From: Perkinsus chesapeaki ATCC PRA-425
Taxonomy: Eukaryota > Protista > Perkinsozoa
DNA length: 55,928 nt
Assembly (NCBI GenBank): GCA_013115145.1
Contig: JAAPAO010000187.1
Coordinates: 1 to 55,928, forward strand
Direction of reading: 5' to 3'
Positions 46,128-55,928 of the stretch are shown here, piece by piece. The notes below the pieces were generated by a model. That model had not been told where the DNA came from, ran no database searches, and saw nothing but the letters and a program-made list of their open reading frames with translations. Each line of letters starts with the position of its first letter. Positions within the stretch are counted from its first letter, which is position 1. The position numbers and the translations under genes are program-made.

Positions 46128-46309
46128 CTAATATATTATATACTACTATACAACCCGACAATAAAGTAATGAGAGAAATCCAGATAAACAGTTATGGCCT
46201 TCTACCACCACCACCAGCAGCAGCAGGATAGCCATGTAAAACTCATCACTAGCAACAGCAGCATAATGCTATGTCCTACTACTAGTAATAGTAGGTAGTA
46301 TAAAAGTAG

Positions 46310-47479
46310 TTACTGTGTCTTGGCTGCTGCAGCCTCCTCACGGGCCTTCTTTCTCATAGCTGCCTTATTAATCTTAACATGTATCTTCTGAATCTGCTGT
46401 AATCTAAAATAAATATGATAACTAATCTAAGTATTACTAATATAGCCCCTACCTCAGACGTTCAGGGACAAGTCTAGTAGCAGCCCAATATTGAAGATGA
46501 TGTGACCAATGTGTTGCAGTCCAAGTATATCCAGCTTGGTGAGGGAATGATAGCTGACGGAGTACTGTATCAGCACACCTAAATATAATATTATAATTTA
46601 ATTATAGTATTGTTATTATTACGTCATAGGAGATGTAATAAGCCAAGTCTCCTTCTTAAGCTTACTCATATTACTCATAACATAGCCAGGATTAACAGCA
46701 AGGAAGTCAATACCCTTAGCTCTATACTCCTCATACAGACTAAGGCTGAAGGAATAAGCATATGCCTTACTAGCACTATAAGGGGCTAGCATAGGGGCAC
46801 CCATAGGGCCAAACATAGATCCAAATGATAGAACTGCACCGCCATTATTCCTCTTTAACATTTGTGGTAATAATGCCTTAGTAATAAAGGTATTAGCACG
46901 TATATTAACGTTGATAATATCATCAACCACCTTATCAGTATGATCAGTAAAGTACTGTGGGAAGGGATTATTAACACCAACATTATTAACAAGTAGGCAT
47001 AGGTCAACGCCCTCACAAGCCTTTTCAAGACCAGGTAGCCATTGCTCTACCGGAGTAGCAAAATCGCAGACTACAGTAATGATCTGATTAGCTACAGTAA
47101 CAGTTATGTATTATATTATATTTACCTCAGCAGGACCCTTTCCTTTGGCCTTAACATCATCCTGGATTTGCTTAGCAGCATCTTCCAATTTACTTTGACT
47201 ACGGCTAGCTAGTATTACGCCAAATCCTCTAAGGGCAAGGGTATGAGCGAAACCAAACCCAATACCACCAGTGGCACCAGTAACCTAAATAACAGGATAA
47301 AGATAAGGCATATAACAATGTAATACCAAGGCATAGGGTCTCTTGCCAGGCTGCTCATATTTCCTCCTTAACTGCTCTGGTGGAGGTAACATGAAATAGA
47401 ATCGTATCCAGCATGCTAGCTGATACAATTTAATAGCGACAAACACGGTGCCAACTACAGTAAGGATGGTGCCGATCAT
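46310..47479 (-). CDS. HSD17B12: Very-long-chain 3-ketoacyl-CoA reductase (KAR/17-beta-HSD12-like SDR)
   Basis: N-terminal transmembrane helix; ALVTGATGGIGFGFA; LLVNNVG; catalytic YSASK; NPGYVMSNMSK. Confidence 0.9.
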
Positions 47480-47615
47480 CGTAATAAAAGATAATCAACT
47501 ACAACAACAAAAGTAGTCAGCAGCAAGTGACAATGTTCATTTGCATGATGTGATGCGGGCGTCGCCCGCCATAAAGTATATCATTTGCGAACGCCCAAAC
47601 AATCGATTATATGGT
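47480..47615. promoter_or_regulatory. Short divergent intergenic region, candidate bidirectional promoter
   Basis: 136 bp between head-to-head ATGs. Contains GCGGGCG-T-CGCCCGC (47555-47569) and ATTTGCAT (47539-47546). Confidence 0.4.
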
Positions 47616-48301
47616 ATGTGGTCGGCATGTGTTAGGAGAAGGTTACTCCCTAAAAGGAGTGGGGGTTATATATTAAAAAGGGCCTTTAGTAGTAGTGCTG
47701 ATCCATGGGAAGAGGTAATATGTATTATAATGGATATATGGTATTATATAATAAGGTTGAAGCACATAGACCACGTGTACCTACATTACATGGATACCGT
47801 AGACCTGCTGCTGCACCTCAGAATCAAACTGATATACCAAGAGAAGACTTTCATAAATTTATGAGGTAATAATTTGTAATGTATGGTACATAGATATATA
47901 TTGGTTATATACAGAGGACGACCACGGAGGTTTCCTGATGAATTAGCACATTTCCTATTTACATGGGCCCTTATTATTTTCATGGTTTGTAAGTACATCT
48001 TTATTATCAGTATAATATATCAATAATAGGTCTAACAGCAGGAACTATGTATAAGCTCAGGCCTGATGATTTTGATTGGATAGAACAAGAAAGGTAAGTA
48101 ATGGATGTTATAGGATATATATTGTTATGTAATATTACTAGATCTAAAGCAGAGGCAGCTAAGGCTAGGCTTGATAAACGATTAGAAGCTCAGAAGACAG
48201 CAGCTAGAGCCATACAAGAGGGGAATACAGCGACTGGTGTAATTGATGTAGTACTAGATGCTAATGATAAGGATGATGATGATGGTTATGTTACTAAATG
48301 A
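47616..48301 (+). CDS. Small single-pass protein with a mitochondrial-type presequence (hypothetical)
   Basis: MWSACVRRRLLPKRSGGYILKRAFSS presequence, then hydrophobic LAHFLFTWALIIF...GLTAGT, then YKLRPDDFDWIEQER and a coiled coil. Exons join through GT-AG introns. Confidence 0.6.
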
Positions 48302-48458
48302 TGAGAGCTAGATATCATGTTTCACAGTTATGTTATTATTGTTATTGTTATTATGTAATGTATGGGTATTAATAGCAGTATTTGCCAATATAATAAGTAT
48401 TATGGGTAGTGGTTGTTAAAGTAGATTGATGATCACACTATACAACAACGCAATACCA

Positions 48459-49017
48459 TTATATATAAAGAGCATCACTCTCAATAGGATCCAATACACT
48501 ATTTTGCCTTTCTCGTAGATATCTGTAGAGCACATTGTAGGTTAATACATAATACTATGGTTACTCAGCTATATCATTCTGTAATTGGAATATCCTTTGC
48601 ATCCTCTTATCCTCAGCTGATGGATCCCTCTGTACCTTAATGATAGCTGTACTATCAACTATTATTATACAGGTAACATTACTACCTTCATAGACAATAC
48701 CTCACCAACTACTAACTGATCTGGTAATAATGATAATGGTATATTAACCGATTGATGATCGTATCTAATAATAATACTACATACATTATCATCATGCACA
48801 TCATCATAACATACGTTATTAAAGTTGCTATACCGTCCTCTAGATCAACACGTCCAACGAAGAAGCGATTCTTAGCTGAAGAGCGGCAGGAGCAGGGATT
48901 GGGTTGTTATACAGTTATTATACCTTGCATTGTTAGAAATGGAAGGTCATCTTCAACTGTAGCATCTATAGCTGATTGGGCTGGTGATGTCCTCAATATT
49001 GAACTTGATATTGACAT
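48459..49017 (-). CDS. 122-aa stand-alone Chs5-N-like domain protein (five exons)
   Basis: Exons 49017-48924, 48875-48815, 48764-48686, 48635-48565 and 48522-48459 sum to 369 nt in frame. Core sequence: FFVGRVDLEDGIATLITYDHQSVNIPLSLLPDQLVVGEVLSMKVQRDPSAEDKRMQRIFQLQNDIAEYL. Confidence 0.65.
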
Positions 49018-49114
49018 AGTATTATACTACAGACACACAATAATAGTTATACTTAACACAATAATAGTATTAATAGAAAGTATACATCATAATAGCTATC
49101 ATGATTACAGTTTA

Positions 49115-50165
49115 TTATCCATACTTACTATATCCTATATTATCCATTCTTCTTGTATTACTCTCCTCTTCATCTTTACTACTACTACTTCCCCAACATG
49201 GTGGTATACATGTTCCCCTTCCCCATAATGTTGATAATAAGCTACCATCCCCACTAATAGTAGATGCTCTCTGCTCCTTATGCTCTACTTCTTGTGTCAT
49301 ATTAAATATCTTAGGTGGTGATGTTGATAAAGTATGTGTAGTTATACATCTATTACCATACTAATAACATTGTCTAATACCTTCTTATTACCTTGGATCC
49401 ATAACACCTTCATCAATCTTACTAAATATCCGTGTAGTTAATGTACGAAATACCTCTTGTATACCCTCCCCAGTAGCTGCTGATGTTTCCATAAATAATA
49501 CTGAATTCTCTTGAGCAAATCGACTAGCTTCTAGGAATGATACCTAACACTAATATACTTCAACTATTATTATAATACCTATTACCTGCCTACTGTTAGT
49601 AGATAGATCTTTTTTGTTACCCAGTATTATAATAGGTATATTATCTATCTCCCCCGTCTCCCTTTTAGCATCTTGTAACCATGTAGGTATATGATTATAA
49701 CTATCTCTACATGTTATATCATATACTAATACAACCCCAGCTGCACCTTTATAATAACTCCTAGTAACAGTACGATATCTAAACATACTCCTCCAGCTAG
49801 ACCAGGTAATGGATAATATCTTACCTTTCCTGACCAGCTGTATCCCATATCTGTAGTTTAACCCTTTTACCATTAACTTTAATAATTTTACTAGCAAATT
49901 CAATACCAATAGTATGAGCCGATTCATAGCCATTAAATATCCCATCCAAGAATTGTTTAATAATACATGATTTACCGGATCCAGCATCCCCTATTATAAT
50001 AATCTTTAACCGAATATCATATTCATGTAACTGTGATGATAAGGGTGATATATGGTTATTTGATGCCCTCCGTGCTGCTAAGGGTGATAATGCTACTGCA
50101 GCTGCAGCAGCAGCCATAGCTTCACTTGAAGATGTTGTACTAGATGATGTCCCAGCATATCGCAT
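49115..50165 (-). CDS. RAB4: Rab4-like small GTPase
   Basis: [54 protein letters not shown], and [19 protein letters not shown] (Rab4 signature). The C-terminal exon is uncertain. Confidence 0.88.
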
Positions 50166-50401
50166 AATATACAACAATACTACTGTGGATATATGATGAT
50201 TCACTAACACTAGTAATATGATAATATTCACAGAAACTAATAACATGATGTTGTTATTCCTCCTCAACAGCTCTCCTCTCCGGTATACCAGCTTTACGAC
50301 GGAACTCTCGTAGCTTGGCATCAAACCTTTTCTCACTAATGCCCTCTGATTTATATACTGCCTCCTAAAGGATATCGCTTTATACGTATTATTATACATT
50401 A

Positions 50402-51915
50402 TTATACATGTTGTAGCTTTCCACCACCACCACCTCCTTCTCCTTGTTCTCTACGTTGCTTCTCCCTAAGCCAATAGCTGTAATCTAGTTCTGGTGCTAT
50501 CTTAGTGCTTAATATCTATTAGTAATATTATAAATAAATATATAATAATATATTACCTGTAACATAGCATCTGCTCTCTGTTGTGATACTCTAGGCTTAG
50601 GTGATGTTGGATCTAACATTATATAACAACAACCTTATCAATATTACCTTCTTACCAGTTCTATAAGCATTGGATTGTGGTACTGCTAATCTACTTAAAC
50701 GATATACCAACCATTGTATAGGATCCATAATAGGGAATGTATGATATACTTTAGGTACCCAATCATATCTATAATAATAATATACTAATATCTCCGCCGC
50801 TGTGATTATATCATAATCATTCCTATTACGGTGCAACACACATAACTTCAGCCCGACATACTGCCCTAACCATCTCTGCCTGTTTCTTCCTAGATAACAT
50901 TGTAACTCGTCTTGGATGGATATAACCATTCTGTGCTCTATAAAGGAGGAGGAGGTGAGGGGGTATTCAAAGTGATTACCTAGTAGTTACCTATAATGTT
51001 GTAATACATCTACATTACGCCAATGCATCTGTTCCCTAGCAAGCTGTTTTTGAAGTGGTGATGGCTCCCAAAAACTATCGATAATACTCTATGGCTTAAT
51101 TGCTGTAAGGCTGTTAATATTGTTACCTTTGTTCCATTTTATGAGGTTTAGGTATCTCATCTGCTGTATTACGATTAAGCCATTTCCTATATTGTTTAGA
51201 GTAGGAATCATATCTTAATTTAAATTGAAGAAGGCTCTTTCTTATAGCTATTCTTGTTCTTTTGGCTTCAGCTGCTGACGCTATTCTAGCATACTCTTCA
51301 AAATCAGCCAATAGTTTATCTACCACCACCACTACTATCTTGTACTATTATATTTTTATCGCTACCTTTAGTATGATCTAACTGTGTAACAAATGGATCC
51401 CAATAAGGGTCTATCTTATGTTGCCTTTGTGCTATACGCCATTCCCTCTTCTGTGGTGTTTCATCATCATTAAATTCATCTAATCTATAGAATAGTTTCC
51501 TTGTTAACTCAGTCTCCTCTTGTGTTAGCTTTTCAATAGCTATAGCTGGTCTCGTATGTATATCAGGGTCTGTATCACATCTACTGCGTCGTATCTGTCA
51601 TACCAGCAGCAGATAGCACCGTACAGCAGCAGCAGCAGTATAATCACCATAGATGTCACCACCTTATCAGCTACCTACCTCATCAAGACACTCTAGAAAG
51701 AGAGCTTCACTTGTCGCTCTTCCACTAACTTTAACATTAGAAGCATCATCATTCACCATAGTGGAGGTTGTGGTACTCGCCACCCCACCATCATCAACAG
51801 CAGCAGCAGCGTAGCTACCTTTTTCAGATGCGAATCGTCTAACTAGTAGTGTTGCCGAGTTAACTGCTGTTGCTGCATTACGACAGTAGACGTTAAATCG
51901 ATAGGAAAGAATCAT
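50402..51915 (-). CDS. MRPS18: Mitochondrial ribosomal protein S18 (bS18m) with lineage-specific extensions
   Basis: Presequence MILSYRFNVYCRN..LVRRFASE. The S18 core is MHWRNVDVLQHY..NGYIHPRRVTMLSRKKQAEMVRAVCRA. Confidence 0.8.
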
Positions 51916-51985
51916 ATAAACTGTAGAGTGCATTGAAGTAGGAACTACTTAGTTGATACACAACATAGCGAGGTAAGACGTGAAA

Positions 51986-52021
51986 CTATACGGGATCCTT
52001 CTGTTGTTGATAATGATGAAG

Positions 52022-52077
<56 letters not shown>

Positions 52078-54502
52078 GATATTGGCCTTCTTCTTCCTCA
52101 CCTTCTCCTTCTTGTCCCGTAGTAAGTAGTGTTACATTATAATCTTCACACACATGAGAAGTTGGGTTAGACCAATGATATGATACATTATCATTAGTTA
52201 TATCAACCTCCTCCTCCTCCCCCTCCTCCTTGCTCTCCTCCTTTTTATCTCCTACCATTCTACTACTATCCTCTAATCCGAGTAATACATCACGGACAGT
52301 GGACCATTTATTTAATGCTGATTGAGTGAAGGCATGATCACAACCACATAGTACCTACTACTAATAGTATCAATAATACCATCTTCTATTAATATTACTG
52401 TTAACATATAGAATGTTCGCTCATATAGAGTTAACATTTCATAACATGATGCTTTAGTTATATGTGATGATGATGATGATGATACTGTTGTGGCTATTAG
52501 ACTTTGATATGTATCAGCCATCTCCTCAAATGACCATGCATATGAATAATTAGCTAACGGTGTTACTTTTGATAGGTACCTAACATACCCAACAACCACC
52601 ATCGGTAATAATAATAATTAGTGTATTACATAGATTTGTCCTTCTGATGGGCTAGTGTACCTAGGTAATCCTCTTTATCTCGGCATAATGTAATTAACCA
52701 TAAGTCCATTTGATGTAATATCCAATGACATCCTCTACAGAATACCTTAATAGCCTCTGAATACACTAATTCTATATCAGCCTCATCATCGCTACTAGTA
52801 ATAGATAACCTATCCTCGTATCTACCACTCCCCACTACCATCCACCATCACATTGCCCTTAATATTACTGTTTTTCAAGGTTCTCCATCTCCTCCATATC
52901 AGCAGCTCCAAACTGTGTCCGACAAAATGTACACGGTTCTGTACACCAATACATATCGCCACTATTCTCATTCTGTCCCCGCCCCCACCGTGATGACTGC
53001 TGCTCCAAATCACTCTTAACACATAGCAGTAGTCCAAAGACTACTTCAATAAGTGCATTACCTTCCATTGTGTATATGGATATATAACACCAGCATGACA
53101 TTGAGAACATCTAAATCCTCTAGCATAATCAACAGGTCTACTACATCGTTCACAATGACATGTAAATAACCAACCTAACCACCACCAATAACCACGGGAT
53201 TGTTAATAACATCTACAGTAGTACACTACTACTACCTTGTAGCTTCTCTCGACGTAGTGGTGTACTTTTAAATAGTTCTTCATCTCCTATATAGGATATT
53301 GTTATCTCATCACCAGGTCGTATAGGTACTCTAGCCCTCAATACAAAGGCATCATCTGGTCCATAATGCCAACAACAACTTGCCTAACATAATAATAATA
53401 CTAAGTTACAATATTGATAAACTATTACCTCACAAGAATGACTTAGCATAGATATTTTATCATACATTATCAAACCATCTGTTGCAGAATGATGACCAAA
53501 TGAATTAAATCTAATAAACTAATAATAATAATAATGCGTTATATGATACTACTATTACTACTACTACCTCCATATGAATAATAGTCTTGCATAGTTCAGT
53601 GGATCTATATCTACTAACTTTATCATCCATTCATCTCTCTCATCATATGGTAATATATCAACATGACCGTATATTAGCCTATTTAACATCTCCTTACAGT
53701 TTGAATAGTTACTAGACGGTTCACCCTGTGATTCTGAATATGATTATTAACAACAACTACGTATATAGTACTACTACTACCATTAGTTGGAGAATTCATT
53801 GGTGGTGACCATTTATCATAACATCGTGCTAATTTATCATCATTGAGGAATAATAATGATGATAATGCTGCCAAATGCCATACTATAGGGAGCTCTGATG
53901 ATGATGATGATGGAGAGGAGGAGGGGACAAGTAGCACAGTAATACACTAGTATATAAGAAGACATGCTAGTATTACTACTATTACCTAGTAACATATCCT
54001 CTTCCTCAGATTTAAGCCATTGGTATAAAGTCTAAATATGAATAATATTACCTACAATATAATACGGAGAAGATGTAGGTTATTACAGGACATGTATCAG
54101 GTGTAACAATTTGAAGAGGTGATTCAGCAAATACTATATCACCAGGATGTAATACATCATCCATTTTACTAAACACACACCTTCCTTTATCATTAGTTTC
54201 TCTAACCTGATGATTAACATCCTAATATCCCTTGCTCCCCTATTATATATAACCTCCACCCTAGCCTCAATACTAGCATCACTCCAATCTTCCCCTGATA
54301 CTGCCTCTGTTGATTCATTGCTAGCATGTACCCCACCATCCTCATCACTAGTAGTAGAGGAGGAGGAGTCCAAATCTAGTACCTTAGTATCCCCCGCCAC
54401 AGTTGTTGTTGTTGGTGGTGCTGCGGATTCTGATGTTACTGTTGAATAAGCATCTGTCAATGAATCTATTGGTAAAGGTGATGGAAGGGGCATTGACAAC
54501 AT
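51986..54502 (-). CDS. Second SMYD-type SET-domain protein with a polyglutamine tail
   Basis: IRFNSFGH...GLIMYDKISMLSHSC; ARVPIRPGDEITISYI..STPLRREKLQG; post-SET WLFTCHCERC; extra CSQC and CTFC zinc knuckles. Confidence 0.85.
52022..52078. repeat. Perfect (TTG)19 microsatellite encoding Q19 on the minus strand
   Basis: Counted directly from the sequence; in frame with the last exon of the second SET gene. Confidence 0.95.
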
Positions 54503-54594
54503 AAAACATACTTTACTATACTATGACACTGTAACACCACGAATCAGGATATAGACTTAGAAACAACAACAACATCAATAGTAACATGTGCCTT

Positions 54595-55716
54595 TTATAT
54601 ATCATCATTATCGTACCGCCTATCTAATTTCAAGGAATTAGCCAAGTTAGCAGCTATATCAAAGCCTCTAAAGAGCCATACCCTTATAACCTAATGTATA
54701 CCCTATATCAGCAGCTGTAGCAAGTTGCTACTAGCAACCATATAACCTCTACTACCTGTGCAGTATACTTAGATACCTCATGAAACAGTGATTGCTCCTC
54801 AGCATTGAGCTTCCCTAATGCTAGACTAGGCTTAACCTTGGCCAGATTACCACCAATCATTCTTTTACCCATTCCCACCCTAATACGTGCTACATCATCA
54901 GTACGAGTGACCTACTAGACATCATCACTTAATATGATTCAATAATACCTATTACTTTCAATATACTATCAAGACCATTCTGTCCACCACTACTACCACC
55001 AGGTTTCATTCTCAACTGCCCCAAAGGTATAGTTAAATCATCACAAACAACAAGTACCTATCCATCAAATACAATCAACCCTTCGTCTCATCATACACCA
55101 ATTACTACCGCATTCCTATCATTAGCTTTAAGTTTTAAGTCCGCTAATGCGGGACTTGCTGCTAACCCCGAACGATTCATAAATGTGCGTGGTTTAACCA
55201 AAGATACGCTATCAAGGTTAGGTCGCCATACCCCATTCTAGAAGATACATTCAAATGGTAATGATAATAGTAGTTTACCTTCTCTGTAGCTTCCTTTGAT
55301 CTATCACTTTTCCTGTCAATAAGATCATCCCCACGTAGATCAACAATACTATTGAATGTTATGCCTTTTATTTCACATACATCACTTAACCATCTTTTCC
55401 TACTATAATAGCTTGGTTCCCCTAATAGGCTAGCAGTTCTATCCCCAATATAGAATCCTGCATTATGCCTAGTCCCTTCAAACTTTGGACCTCTATTACC
55501 AAGGAATAACACTAATACTCTACATGAAACAGCAGCAGCAGCATCAGAAGGAGGAGGAGGAATAACAGGGGATACATCACCAGCCTTATCAAGTCTATGA
55601 CATGTCCTCCGCACCAATGTTAATAGTGTTCTCCGTTGTTGTTGTAGTATCCTCACTGTAGCGGGTAACCATCGACTACAGTGACCTGCATTTGGGATAG
55701 GTGGCTTGAGGATCAT
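54595..55716 (-). CDS. PTH1: Bacterial-type peptidyl-tRNA hydrolase (Pth1) with an organellar presequence
   Basis: LFLGNRGPKFEGTRHNAGF, VKPRTFMNRSG, VVCDDLTIPLGQLRMKPGGSSGGQNGLDSI, ARIRVGMG. Confidence 0.9.
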
Positions 55717-55928
55717 GATACTTAAAATAAAACTAATACAACGCAAGACGACATGACTTACGACATGATTATGCCGCTCAATTTCCACTCGGATAGGTTC
55801 AATCAGTACAAGTGCGCAAGATTCAAAAGAGGTCGGTATATCTAAATTAAATATGTGTAACAACCCAATAAGAGGTCTCCAATGCAGATAATAAGTTGAG
55901 TTATTATGGATATGGGGATATTGGCCAC

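Noticed and set aside
49018-49115. Rab4 fused to the Chs5-N-like protein
   Set aside because: The nearby donor/acceptor pairs (including the GTAAGT donor) lead to stops; only an atypically long intron would keep the frame.

Overview
Eukaryotic nuclear DNA with dense, short GT-AG introns, so most ORFs in the six-frame track are single exons or antisense shadows. The gene set points to a flagellated myzozoan alveolate, most like Perkinsus (inference): an apicomplexan-type thioredoxin reductase ending in GCGGGKCG, plus an outer-dynein-arm docking subunit. The first ~2 kb is transposon debris: a LINE reverse-transcriptase fragment and an LTR-like segment carrying a chain of perfect palindromes. 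The rest holds about 27 tightly packed spliced genes, mostly in long same-strand (minus) runs. Recognisable genes: TMEM65 fusion, CMSS1, HMCES/SRAP, two SMYD-type SET proteins, a membrane-LRR protein, MetAP1, TrxR, ODA-DC2, a Mut-7/EXD3-like exonuclease, otubain, an SC35-like SR protein, Vps34, 3-ketoacyl-CoA reductase, Rab4, mitoribosomal S18 and Pth. Best leads: (1) a five-exon stand-alone protein resembling the N-terminal domain of the fungal exomer scaffold Chs5, (2) an otubain deubiquitinase spliced in frame to a RING finger, (3) a TMEM65-GAF fusion with an EF-hand inserted inside the GAF domain, (4) a phased array of 21-bp palindromes. All gene models were assembled by eye; several outer boundaries are approximate and no database searches were run.
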